Made by a program: the position numbers and the translations under genes. The notes under the pieces were generated by a model. It did no database searches and was not told the DNA's origin. It saw nothing but the letters and a program-made list of their open reading frames with translations. Shown in pieces: positions 1 through 8,959 of a stretch of 64,000 nt of DNA. This DNA is from a virus, in IMG/VR virus record IMGVR_UViG_3300035698_017305, positions 68,814 through 132,813 of that record; one strand, 5' to 3'. Position 1 is the stretch's first letter; each line of letters starts with the position of its first letter.

Positions 1-306
1 TCAGAAGGAAATAAGGAAGAGGTAGCTCAAAGGCTAGCTCTACAGCAGCTCGGTATCTCAGGGTCAGGGGCCGGTAAGAAGGGCCGTGGATATAGTACAG
101 ACGAAGCAGCATTACTAAATTCATTCAATAGTGTTATAGACTCTGCTGAAAGACTGGCTACCAAGGTGGATAGTATCACTGGTGAGAGCGGTGGACGATC
201 TGGAGGAAGCAGTGGGGGTAAGGGGGCATTCTCCTACAATCTAAACTTCGGTTGGGGCGGTTGGAACGGCGGTTTAGAAACTCCTGAAGAAAAGGCGGCG
301 GATTAA
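1..306 (+). CDS. C-terminal end of a gene that starts before the window; possibly the tape-measure protein
   Basis: Frame 1 is open from base 1 (SEGNKEEVAQRLALQQLG...ETPEEKAAD*) and stops at TAA 304-306, coupled by TAATG to the next ORF. Tape-measure identity is inferred only from its position upstream of hub genes and its Gly/Ser-rich helical composition. Confidence 0.4.
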   Translation, partial: SEGNKEEVAQRLALQQLGISGSGAGKKGRGYSTDEAALLNSFNSVIDSAERLATKVDSITGESGGRSGGSSGGKGAFSYNLNFGWGGWNGGLETPEEKAAD

Positions 307-530
307 TGTCAGTAAGACTTCAGAAAATAGAGAGGGTGGAAGAGGTTCAACGCATAGTTGTGAGGGGTAAGACTGTGAGGGTAGCTGCCCGGGAAGACGT
401 TCTACCGGAGGATGTAGTTATCAACGACGCCAAAGCCTACGCTTACTTTCTACGTACCAAGGAAGACCATACAGGCCCCCCTACTGAACGAGTTAAATCA
501 TTGCTAACCTCTACAGGGTTATTATCATAA
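306..530 (+). CDS. Hypothetical protein (74 aa) in the tail operon
   Basis: TAATG coupling on both sides; no recognisable motif. Confidence 0.6.
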   Translation: MSVRLQKIERVEEVQRIVVRGKTVRVAAREDVLPEDVVINDAKAYAYFLRTKEDHTGPPTERVKSLLTSTGLLS

Positions 531-1780
531 TGGCTATATTCGATGTTACATTAGAGTATGAACCAGCGGTTAACAACGGGTCCTCAGCTCATGGTAATTC
601 CGCCCAAAAAGTAAGTGATCTTAGGGTTCGCCGTCCTCTTATGGGGATGGAGCAAACCAGAGATGAACCTAGGTACTCATACCTACAGATATTAGATTCT
701 AACAATCAGGCAGTGCCTCTTCTGGACTCCTCTTGGCCGACCTCTAGGAGTCAAGTTGGCCGGAAATATGCTAACTTTGTTATTCAAAATGTGTCCAGGT
801 CTAAGACTGAAAAGGCCCAGTTAATGCCAACGTTTGGTCAGAACTATGTCTTCTTCTTTGGGGAACAGCCCAAGACTATAACGTTCAGGGGACTCTTGAC
901 TAACACCGCAGACTTTGATTGGAAGCAAGAGTTTTGGCAGAACTATGATGAGAACTTGAGGGGTAGCCAGCTTGTATCTAAAGGGTACCTAGCCTATGTG
1001 TATTATGATGGGCTGTTGGTGGGCGGTTACTTACTAGGGTGTTCTATGTCAGAGAATGTGGCGACCCCGAATGAAGTTCCTTTTGAATTTTCGATGGTGG
1101 TGGTAACAGAGACATGGTTGACTGAAGTGCAGTCAGCTCAGACTCGGTACACACAGGTTGTGGACGCCAATATTGTGGCTAGGAAAGAAGCTTCTACCAT
1201 AACAGGATCTATCGCTAACCAGACAGGCGGGTGGACTGTTGCCGGTATCAAGGTGCCTTACATAGGGGTGTCTGATGTAATCAAGGTAGCTAACATGACC
1301 GACGCCATGATCCAGATGGGCCGGGGTGGTCGGGACTTTGATGAGGATTCTATAGGAGTAGGGGACTGGCTAAATGCTACGGCACTGTACTCTGGCACAG
1401 CTTTGGGTATTCTATTTGGGGGTAACTCCCTCCGTGGGTTCCTAGGGGAGAGTAAAGCCGCCGCCTCCTCCACCATGTTCTCAGGGGACATAGCTGCACA
1501 GTCCTACAGTCATGAGTTACTGTACGACTCATCTAGTTCTCTTGCTGATGTAGACGATAGGAGCATGGCCGCTCTCAAAAAGTTGGAAGAAGGCTTTGCT
1601 AAAGAGTATGGGTTCCTACTACTGAACAAGCTGGTGGGTATGGCCATCCACTACGCTGTTGAAGAACTAGCATCCTCTGTTATAGTTACTGTCCCTGGAG
1701 AGAACGGGCAGGCGCACAAGAAGCTAAATCAGGTGACCTACGATGACCTCCTAGGTACAACCTTCTTTAAGTTGTTTTAA
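530..1780 (+). CDS. Putative tail-tube initiator / baseplate-associated protein
   Basis: Beta-rich N-terminal half (TFGQNYVFFFGEQPKTITFRG...VPFEFSMVVV) resembles tube-fold hub-adjacent proteins; lies directly before the hub gene. Confidence 0.5.
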   Translation: MAIFDVTLEYEPAVNNGSSAHGNSAQKVSDLRVRRPLMGMEQTRDEPRYSYLQILDSNNQAVPLLDSSWPTSRSQVGRKYANFVIQNVSRSKTEKAQLMPTFGQNYVFFFGEQPKTITFRGLLTNTADFDWKQEFWQNYDENLRGSQLVSKGYLAYVYYDGLLVGGYLLGCSMSENVATPNEVPFEFSMVVVTETWLTEVQSAQTRYTQVVDANIVARKEASTITGSIANQTGGWTVAGIKVPYIGVSDVIKVANMTDAMIQMGRGGRDFDEDSIGVGDWLNATALYSGTALGILFGGNSLRGFLGESKAAASSTMFSGDIAAQSYSHELLYDSSSSLADVDDRSMAALKKLEEGFAKEYGFLLLNKLVGMAIHYAVEELASSVIVTVPGENGQAHKKLNQVTYDDLLGTTFFKLF

Positions 1781-4700
1781 TGGCTGCTAAAGAACTACGC
1801 ATACGTTTATTTGTTGAAGGGGTGGAAGTCCCCGTGGTGGCTGCAACGGTAATGGCCTCAGTAGGTCAGGCTGCGGCAGCTTCTATCCAGATAATTCCTA
1901 TGGATTCGGCTACCAACCTAGCCCCCCGTTCCAGTGTTCTTCTTTTTTACCTAGACCGTATTAAAGGGGCTACTGCGGAAGAGCCAAGCTTAGATGAGTG
2001 GAAGCTTCTGTACTACGGTGAGATCATTGGGTTTGCCTTCAGCCGTAAGCCAGATACTAGGGCTATGATTCTACAATGTATTGACACGTCTTCATATTGG
2101 GACGCGTGTAAGTTATACATGTTGGGTAAAAGCCAAGACATTGGGGGTGACTCTGGGGTTGACCGCACCCATAAGTTCTCTGGTGCCCAGTCCGTGTCCG
2201 TAAAGAACATAACCGGCACATCTAAGACGCTGATATCTAATCTGCTATCAGAAGGATCCTCACAAGGACCTAAGTCCCCAGGGTTCTGGAAGGATGGTAA
2301 ACCTATCAAAGGTGTCCTAGGTAGTATACTCAGGCTCCTTGAATCCGTCGGAGGTGTCAAGAAACATACTGCGGGGGTAAATGATTTCTTTACCTACTCT
2401 GAGATGCGCTCACGCATACTGGATCAGATAGGCTCTGACTCTGGTAAGTCCGCAGGTAAGCTGCTGAAAGAGAAGATGTTTAGGAGATACTTGAACTCTA
2501 GGATAGGTAGAGCTGGGATGATGATCAGTGTTCGAGACGTTATCAACCTGATTAACGCATACATCTTCTACAATGTAGTGCCTATTACTTCACCAGTGTA
2601 TCATCCTTCTAGTAAAGAGAAGGCCACTACCCCCTCCACTACTAAGGCCCCTGTGGCAACAAAATCTATACGGGATAAGACTGCTCGTTTCTCATCTACA
2701 CTACTTGGGTTTGTTGGCCTATATGACCTAGCCAAAAAGTCTGATGTGCCTAATGAGGCAGTGACCACTAGTATTGCCAACCATATGAAGACTAAATTAA
2801 AGCCAGCACTCATAGAGATGGCCCCATTTATAGACCTGTTGAAAGGGTCGTCCGTGGCTAACCAGACTAAGGATAACCTTGGTAACATTGAGGCTTCTAT
2901 AGATCAGATGTTGATGAACATAGATCAGATGATAGCAACTCCAACGTCAAGCCCTGAGAACACTGATCCATTTGAGTTAATGGAAACCTTAAATATGGTT
3001 AGAGAAACCTCTAATCAAATGAGGGCCGTCAGCAAGATAGTTTCGTCCAGTATATCAGTACCTATAAACCTGCCCTCCAGTGAAGCTGATAGGCTACTTA
3101 CCCAGTTGATAATTCCAGACATCTGGTTCACTGCCCCAGCGGCCTGTAATGTAGTGTTCCCTACTCAGGTATCCTCGTTGAACATGAATCGCAACTACCT
3201 ACAAGAGATCACTAGGATGCAGGTAGAGTCGGCTTACGCTTTAGAGTCTGGCGGGGTTAACACCAAGTTCTACTACGCGCCTAAGATGTATGGGATTAAG
3301 GATGGCAAGCCGGTGCCCTTCACAAAGAAGAACCTGGGGGCCACCTTCCACCACGAAAGGTTCGTAGGAGTCATCCCCGGTAGGGAGACCCTGATTAACC
3401 TTGGGGCTAAGGCTACCAACAACTCTAAGGACGATGTGCTGAACTACGCGGAACAAGTAGCGCACTTCCAATTCTTTAGAAACAGATTCAGTAGCCGCAC
3501 AATGACTGTAAGGACCCCGTTCAATCCGAATATGGTTGTGGGTATTCCTGGGGCTGTGCTATTGAGGCAAGTACCTTCTAGTATGACAGGCATATCCTCA
3601 CACACCGACACTACCTCTACTTGGTACGATCAAGAAGGCGGCATAGCCGGGTTTGTTAAGAAGCTCAGAGAGGATATGAAAGATTCTTTACTAGGGGAAC
3701 TACCTTATCATGCCGTTGGGGTCCCTATAAGTATGACCCACTCGGTAAACCAGCTAGGAGGCAGCACCGATACTAACTGGAGTAAGGTAAGGTTCCACCG
3801 TGGCATAGATGATGAGTATCTGAACCTGGAAGCAGGTATTGTAAAAGATTCATCGGCGTCCAAGTCTATACGCACAGTGTATTCTTTAGAAAGTTCTAAG
3901 TTTGCAGAAGGAGATGAGGAGAGGCAGAAGGAACTGGAGTGGTTGTATGACACCTGCCCACAGCCCCGCGCCCACGGGTCAGCTAAAGATCAGAAGGCAT
4001 TGGACTGGTTCAAATATAAATTGTACCTTGTGCCTTGGGGTGTTTTTGATGAGGAGAAGTTCACACCGGGCTCAGGCTCCCAGTTCCTAGACACTGGGTT
4101 GACCCCCAACATAGCTGGGGAGTCCCTGGAAGACCATGCGTTACAAGATGCACAAGCGTACTTCTTCAAAACAACCGAGAGTGGCGTGTCCCCGGCAAAC
4201 CCTGGGATAAAAGCCATAGGATCTAAGGGGCCAAACGGTAAAACCATTTCTGCTATTAAACCTAGTGGGGTTAATTTTGATAAGGTGACTGGTGAGTTCA
4301 AGTGGGGTAAGGTTGAGATACATGAGAAGTACTCTGTTACCACCACTGACGTTAACAAGGATGTAGCATTTGAAGACTTGGTTAGGCCCCCATGGTTCTC
4401 TGACGAGTACACCAATGGTAAAATAGGTAAGGTTTACGATGAGTTAGTAGGGTCCGACAGCATACTTGGACGCCTATGGGGTAACCTTGGGCTCCTGCAA
4501 GATGGGTCGCTGACCTCAGAAGAAACAGGGAAACCTGCTGAAATACCTGATGATGCGGCGATAGGCACTACAGAAGATGCCCTAGACGTGCTCGCTTTGT
4601 TGTATAGTGTAGTTACTGAAAACGGAGACCCAGGCGAATTTGCTGACTCTTTTGGTAAGAGGCGCATCGCCACACTGAAACAAGTCATGGGTGACTCCAC

Positions 4701-4911
4701 TGGAGACACAGAGGATGAGGTAGGATATCTCACCACCGGGCTAATGGATTCTGAGAACTTGGAAGGGTTTGAGTACCAGGACCTACCCAGGGTCACCGAG
4801 ACAGGGGCTGTAGCCAAAGTACCGAAGGAGTTAGACACTCGTAAGGAAAGAAAAGAGAGAGTGCTAACTTATCGAAATGCTTTGTTGAAGAGCCAGGGTA
4901 TATTAGGCTAG
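1780..4911 (+). CDS. Baseplate hub protein (T4 gp27 / Mu gp44-like), 1043 aa
   Basis: N-terminus RLFVEGVEVPV...ASIQIIP...LLYYGEIIGFAFSR...LQCIDTSSYW is typical of hub proteins; position in the tail operon fits. Confidence 0.6.
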   Translation: MAAKELRIRLFVEGVEVPVVAATVMASVGQAAAASIQIIPMDSATNLAPRSSVLLFYLDRIKGATAEEPSLDEWKLLYYGEIIGFAFSRKPDTRAMILQCIDTSSYWDACKLYMLGKSQDIGGDSGVDRTHKFSGAQSVSVKNITGTSKTLISNLLSEGSSQGPKSPGFWKDGKPIKGVLGSILRLLESVGGVKKHTAGVNDFFTYSEMRSRILDQIGSDSGKSAGKLLKEKMFRRYLNSRIGRAGMMISVRDVINLINAYIFYNVVPITSPVYHPSSKEKATTPSTTKAPVATKSIRDKTARFSSTLLGFVGLYDLAKKSDVPNEAVTTSIANHMKTKLKPALIEMAPFIDLLKGSSVANQTKDNLGNIEASIDQMLMNIDQMIATPTSSPENTDPFELMETLNMVRETSNQMRAVSKIVSSSISVPINLPSSEADRLLTQLIIPDIWFTAPAACNVVFPTQVSSLNMNRNYLQEITRMQVESAYALESGGVNTKFYYAPKMYGIKDGKPVPFTKKNLGATFHHERFVGVIPGRETLINLGAKATNNSKDDVLNYAEQVAHFQFFRNRFSSRTMTVRTPFNPNMVVGIPGAVLLRQVPSSMTGISSHTDTTSTWYDQEGGIAGFVKKLREDMKDSLLGELPYHAVGVPISMTHSVNQLGGSTDTNWSKVRFHRGIDDEYLNLEAGIVKDSSASKSIRTVYSLESSKFAEGDEERQKELEWLYDTCPQPRAHGSAKDQKALDWFKYKLYLVPWGVFDEEKFTPGSGSQFLDTGLTPNIAGESLEDHALQDAQAYFFKTTESGVSPANPGIKAIGSKGPNGKTISAIKPSGVNFDKVTGEFKWGKVEIHEKYSVTTTDVNKDVAFEDLVRPPWFSDEYTNGKIGKVYDELVGSDSILGRLWGNLGLLQDGSLTSEETGKPAEIPDDAAIGTTEDALDVLALLYSVVTENGDPGEFADSFGKRRIATLKQVMGDSTGDTEDEVGYLTTGLMDSENLEGFEYQDLPRVTETGAVAKVPKELDTRKERKERVLTYRNALLKSQGILG

Positions 4912-4942
4912 AATCAGGATAGATAAACCGAAGGAGACCGAG

Positions 4943-5176
4943 ATGATTTCCACCGACGCTTTTTTACAAGAGACTGACCGAATCAATGGTCACACTAAGA
5001 CAGCGGTAGGCATGCTACCAGCGTTGGGGCTAATGGGTATGGGCGGAGCCGGACTGTTTGGCACGATGAATGCCGTGGACAGTTACCGTATAGGTAGGGC
5101 CCGCAAAGAGATGCTTAGAGCCCAGCAACAGATGCAGAAGCAGCAACAAACGGCCCAGATGTATAGTGGGGTATAA
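4943..5176 (+). CDS. Small leader-family protein (AFLQETDRINGHTKTA) with a hydrophobic Gly-rich segment; candidate internal virion protein
   Basis: AAGGAG RBS at about 4930; shared leader motif; VGMLPALGLMGMGGAGLFG follows the KTA. Confidence 0.7.
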   Translation: MISTDAFLQETDRINGHTKTAVGMLPALGLMGMGGAGLFGTMNAVDSYRIGRARKEMLRAQQQMQKQQQTAQMYSGV

Positions 5177-5177
5177 C

Positions 5178-5384
5178 ATGAATGATTACTTTTTAGATGA
5201 GCATGATCGGATCAGAGGGATACCAAAGGAGGCCCAGGACATGGGTATGGGCAGTGTCGGCCCTAGCCCTCTAGCTTCCATAGCACGTCAACAAAATACT
5301 GGTGCGGCTAAGATGCCAGCTAAGGTAAAGCCGTTGGCACAAGGCACCCCCGGGGCTAACCTTCGTATGACCAAGTTGATGTAA
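5178..5384 (+). CDS. Small leader-family protein (YFLDEHDRIRGIPKEA); candidate internal virion protein
   Basis: Start moved from 5166 to ATG 5178 so that the leader aligns with its paralogues; basic, Ala/Gly/Met-rich remainder. Confidence 0.65.
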   Translation: MNDYFLDEHDRIRGIPKEAQDMGMGSVGPSPLASIARQQNTGAAKMPAKVKPLAQGTPGANLRMTKLM

Positions 5385-6158
5385 ATGACCCCAGCCACTT
5401 TTAATACTGCGGATGTAGACGCTTTCTTGGTTAAGATAGGAGCTAAGAAGGAGACGTCACAGGAACGTCAACAAGCAGACATTAAGGCGTGGGAAGAATG
5501 GAATGCCAGTGATAGAGACCCAGCTCTAGTGACCCCGTTGTTCAAAAGATTCCAGGGGTTCATCGAGAGTGAGGCAAGGAAGATGTCCAACGTTGAGATG
5601 CCTAAGAACGCTATCCGTTCTGAATTCAACAACATGTTTATGACTGCTATCAAGACCTACAAACCAGACAAGGGAGCTGCTCTAGGTACTTGGATAGGCA
5701 ACCAACTGCGAGGAGCTGGCCGGTATGTCCGGACTTACCAGAACCCTGGACGCATTGTTGAAGCTAGGCACAGACACATCACTGACTTCCAAGTAGCCCG
5801 TAGAGATTTAGAAGAACAGTACGGCAGGCCCGCCTCGGGTTTAGAACTGGCTGACAAGCTAAGCATACCCGTAAAGGAAGTGGAGAGACTGTCTAGGGAG
5901 CTGTCCCGTAAGAGCCTACCTATGAGTGGGTTTGAGGGTGAGATGTTCTCTAGGACACCCAGCAAAGAGGCTGAGAGTCTACGAATGATGATGCATGAAC
6001 TGCACGGAGAAGAGCAGGTAGTCATGGAGCATCTGTTGGGTGCTAACGGAAAAGAAAGGCTCGACCCCATAGCTATTGCTGGCAAAATGGGGGTGTCTCC
6101 TGCTAAGGTATATAGAATCAAGAAGAGACTGGTTGAAAAGGTCAGGGATTATATCTAA
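5385..6158 (+). CDS. Sigma70-family RNA polymerase sigma factor (regions 2-3-4, group 3-like)
   Basis: Region 2.3-like AIKTYKPDKGAALGTWI; region 3 helix PASGLELADKLSIP; region 4 HTH LDPIAIAGKMGVSPAKVYRIKKRL. Confidence 0.88.
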   Translation: MTPATFNTADVDAFLVKIGAKKETSQERQQADIKAWEEWNASDRDPALVTPLFKRFQGFIESEARKMSNVEMPKNAIRSEFNNMFMTAIKTYKPDKGAALGTWIGNQLRGAGRYVRTYQNPGRIVEARHRHITDFQVARRDLEEQYGRPASGLELADKLSIPVKEVERLSRELSRKSLPMSGFEGEMFSRTPSKEAESLRMMMHELHGEEQVVMEHLLGANGKERLDPIAIAGKMGVSPAKVYRIKKRLVEKVRDYI

Positions 6159-6352
6159 TGGCCACCAGTCTTAAAGAACAGCAGATAGATTCTCTGGTCA
6201 GTACGGCCAAAGAATACATAGCCAAAGAGAGGACTAGGTTGGAGGATGAAGCTATCTTTTTGAAGGCTATTAAGAAAGGCTCTGGGCAATTGGAGGAGAT
6301 CCTAGTTGATCTAGCCCAGATTGAAGTGAACCAATTTTTAGGAGAGTCCTAA
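6158..6352 (+). CDS. Hypothetical helical protein (64 aa)
   Basis: Coupled by TAATG junctions; coiled-coil-like composition. Confidence 0.6.
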   Translation: MATSLKEQQIDSLVSTAKEYIAKERTRLEDEAIFLKAIKKGSGQLEEILVDLAQIEVNQFLGES

Positions 6353-6690
6353 TGGAATCAACGTCCGTGTCTGACACAATTGAACTGACAGAAACAGAAG
6401 CCCTCAAGGTAGAGAACTACAACCTCAAGCGAGAGAGTCTAGGCACCCGCTTGAAAGACCTTCAAGCCAAGTACCAGAAGGATGTGAAGATGATCCAGGA
6501 AGCTGCTAGTCAAATAGCAACTGAAGAATCTGCCTTCATTGATGGTCTGAACGACAAGTACGGGGTTGAACTTCGACACTACAAACTGGAGGGGACCATG
6601 GCCGTGAAGGTTATGACTCCACCAATACAGGCGGCGGCAGCAAATGAAGCCAAAGATAATAAAGGTAACCCGGATCAAGCCGATCATTAG
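6352..6690 (+). CDS. Hypothetical coiled-coil protein (112 aa)
   Basis: AGGAG RBS and TAATG coupling. Confidence 0.65.
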   Translation: MESTSVSDTIELTETEALKVENYNLKRESLGTRLKDLQAKYQKDVKMIQEAASQIATEESAFIDGLNDKYGVELRHYKLEGTMAVKVMTPPIQAAAANEAKDNKGNPDQADH

Positions 6691-6722
6691 GCGGATAAGA
6701 GACTGGGGGAAAGCGCAAGGCA

Positions 6723-7679
6723 ATGAGCCAAACATCCGTTCAGATAGACGTGGTGATTCCAGATACGATGAGTTTCGCCCGAAGTTTTAATCGACTCAGG
6801 GTATTCATCCAGGACGGTCCCGAAGGGGACATAGAAGAAATCACTGCTGAGGATGAAGAGAAGGCTGCACTTACTGGTGTGGTCAGTGGCCCGTGGGATC
6901 TAGAAGACCTGGATCTCCACTTGGTTATTGATGGCATCCCATACGTTGTGCCCTTCCAAGCTCCATTCCCAGTGTCATTGGGAAGAGCCATTGAGCGGGT
7001 CAATGCCGTGTGCCAATCTGAACTAGCCTCCCCTGCGGGTGGAGGTATAAAACTAGAATCAGTAATCTCTGGGAGAGAGTCGTATATTGACGTTGGTGGC
7101 CCAGCCTCCGAAGTCCTAGGTTTCATTGATGAAACTGAGGCTAGAGGTAAGGCTAGACGGATGCACACCTGTGGGGACACAGCTACTTATACTTTTGTGG
7201 ATACGCAAGGGGACACTGAGTGGCTGTACTACACAGACCTGTACAATTCTGAGACAGGCGCTTCCAGTGAGATGTCTGACCCCCAAGCTATTGATTATGA
7301 AGGACTAACTCTCCCTGACTCTGTGTTAACTACCTGTAAAATACGTTTAATTAACAAAAGTGGCGGGTACATCCAGGGTCAGGGAGTTCGTTTTCATGTT
7401 GCATCAGTACCTTACCGTATAGAGATACCCGACTCTTTAGATGAAGCATTTATCATGGACCATGTTCCGTCTGTGGTATACACAAATGCTTACGGGTATG
7501 CGACAATACAACTAGTTAGGGGCGCTACGTATGATGTTGTCTTTGAAGGGACAGGATTCACTCGTAAGATAGTAGCCCCCGATTCAAGTGAGTTTGATGT
7601 GTTGAACCTCCTGACCGAGGAGGATGACCGTTTTGATATAGTAGTACCAGAAATAAACTTGCTCATCAGGAGATCATAG
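6723..7679 (+). CDS. Putative virion structural protein with beta-sandwich domains; shares a C-terminal domain with 8959-9885
   Basis: Acidic, beta-rich; YTNAYGYATIQLVRGATY...APDSSEFDVLNLL aligns with VGTDGLFWIDLVREQTY...VPDRSWADFSDLL. Confidence 0.6.
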   Translation: MSQTSVQIDVVIPDTMSFARSFNRLRVFIQDGPEGDIEEITAEDEEKAALTGVVSGPWDLEDLDLHLVIDGIPYVVPFQAPFPVSLGRAIERVNAVCQSELASPAGGGIKLESVISGRESYIDVGGPASEVLGFIDETEARGKARRMHTCGDTATYTFVDTQGDTEWLYYTDLYNSETGASSEMSDPQAIDYEGLTLPDSVLTTCKIRLINKSGGYIQGQGVRFHVASVPYRIEIPDSLDEAFIMDHVPSVVYTNAYGYATIQLVRGATYDVVFEGTGFTRKIVAPDSSEFDVLNLLTEEDDRFDIVVPEINLLIRRS

Positions 7680-7688
7680 GAGAACTCA

Positions 7689-8147
7689 ATGAACACCTTC
7701 TTTGAAGAAACAGACGCCATCCGTAAAGAAGCCGGTGCCGGTAGACTTGCGGGTATGCTGGGTAACAAAGCTGTCCGTTATGGAGGCGGCGCTATGCTTG
7801 GGGCAGGAGCTCTAGCTGGAGCGGCTAAGGGCGGACATGAACTGGGACAGGATCGTTATACCCCAGAAGCATTACAGATGTCTATGGGTGACCAGAATAT
7901 GGGTACCTACGTGGCACCGAGCAAGACCGTTGACGAGTTCAAGGGCATCCTGGGAGAGCAGGGACCCGAAGCTGCTATGCAGTGGGCTCAGCAACAACCT
8001 AACTCTGGATACTTCGTGAATCCACAGCTAGTAGCTAGCGCCGTAGCCCAAGCCATTCAAGGCGGCGGTCAAGGGGGCGGAGGTGCCCCTAAGATGGCAT
8101 CATTCAGGGGGCAGGCAGTTCCATCCGTCCCTTTCTCTCGGAGATAG
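7689..8147 (+). CDS. Leader-family protein (TFFEETDAIRKEA), Gly/Ala-rich; candidate internal virion protein
   Basis: AGGAG RBS; shared leader; GGGAMLGAGALAGAAKGG segment. Confidence 0.75.
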   Translation: MNTFFEETDAIRKEAGAGRLAGMLGNKAVRYGGGAMLGAGALAGAAKGGHELGQDRYTPEALQMSMGDQNMGTYVAPSKTVDEFKGILGEQGPEAAMQWAQQQPNSGYFVNPQLVASAVAQAIQGGGQGGGGAPKMASFRGQAVPSVPFSRR

Positions 8148-8959
8148 ATGCTGTTGGCCTGACTAAGCAAGCTGGGCCATGGCTTCAAGGGCTTGGGCAG
8201 TTATCTGCTAAGGCCGAAGGTGCGTTTGGTGGAGCCCTTAAAAAGGGCTGGGGCCGCGTCTCTGGAGCTGTTAAAGGGGAGGTAAGTAACCTAAAGGGAG
8301 CTCCCGGTGCCGTTAAAGAATGGGCTGTTGGTGCAAATCCTTTAGGTAGCAGAGCCAAATCTGTACCTCAGGGCATGGGCAAAGGCTCCTTTAACATGAG
8401 TCCTCAAGTTCGCCAAGGGTATGATAAGTTCCAGAAACCTATGGGTAATATGGCACCGTCTGCTAAAGCCCCTGTAGGAAATATAAAGAACAACGTCGGT
8501 CAAATGCGTAGGTCCGGTTACAATGCTGCCGGTGGGGTAGAGGCCGGAGGTGGTGGTGGGCAAGGTGTTTACAGCAGGTTAGCCGCAAGCACAGGTCCTA
8601 GGCCATCAGGACAAAAGATGCAGGCAGCCAACACAGCCATACAAGACACTGCTCAGCATGAACAGATGAGTGCGGGTAGGAACTGGTTAAAGAAGACACT
8701 GGATGGAATCGGAGGCGGTAAGTTTGACGTCGATGGGTTGGTATCTGGAGCGAAGAAGTATGGCCCCGGAGTACTAGCTGGTCTAGGCGGGACAGCCGCA
8801 CTCGGTGCAGGGGTGTATGGTGCAGCCAAACACTTGGCACCAAAACTAGTCGGGCATGGTGTTAAGGGCTTTGTAAAACAGAACCCGTGGGTAATACCCG
8901 CCGCTGTAGGTGCCCCACTAGCCGCTGGTATGGCTGGCGGCGCTATGACGGGGAACTAA
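8123..8959 (+). CDS. Leader-family Gly/Ala-rich protein with two hydrophobic C-terminal segments; true start lies upstream of the annotated ATG 8375
   Basis: Frame is open from 8093 and encodes (I)RPFLSEIDAVGLTKQAG; there is no ATG/GTG/TTG before the motif, so it needs an ATC start at 8123 or a frameshift. Confidence 0.6.
   Translation: MRPFLSEIDAVGLTKQAGPWLQGLGQLSAKAEGAFGGALKKGWGRVSGAVKGEVSNLKGAPGAVKEWAVGANPLGSRAKSVPQGMGKGSFNMSPQVRQGYDKFQKPMGNMAPSAKAPVGNIKNNVGQMRRSGYNAAGGVEAGGGGGQGVYSRLAASTGPRPSGQKMQAANTAIQDTAQHEQMSAGRNWLKKTLDGIGGGKFDVDGLVSGAKKYGPGVLAGLGGTAALGAGVYGAAKHLAPKLVGHGVKGFVKQNPWVIPAAVGAPLAAGMAGGAMTGN
8129..8135 (+). other. Candidate -1 ribosomal frameshift heptamer C_CCT_TTC
   Basis: X_XXY_YYZ pattern in the 0 frame of ORF 7689, three codons before its stop; the -1 frame is open to 8959. 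Confidence 0.4.
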
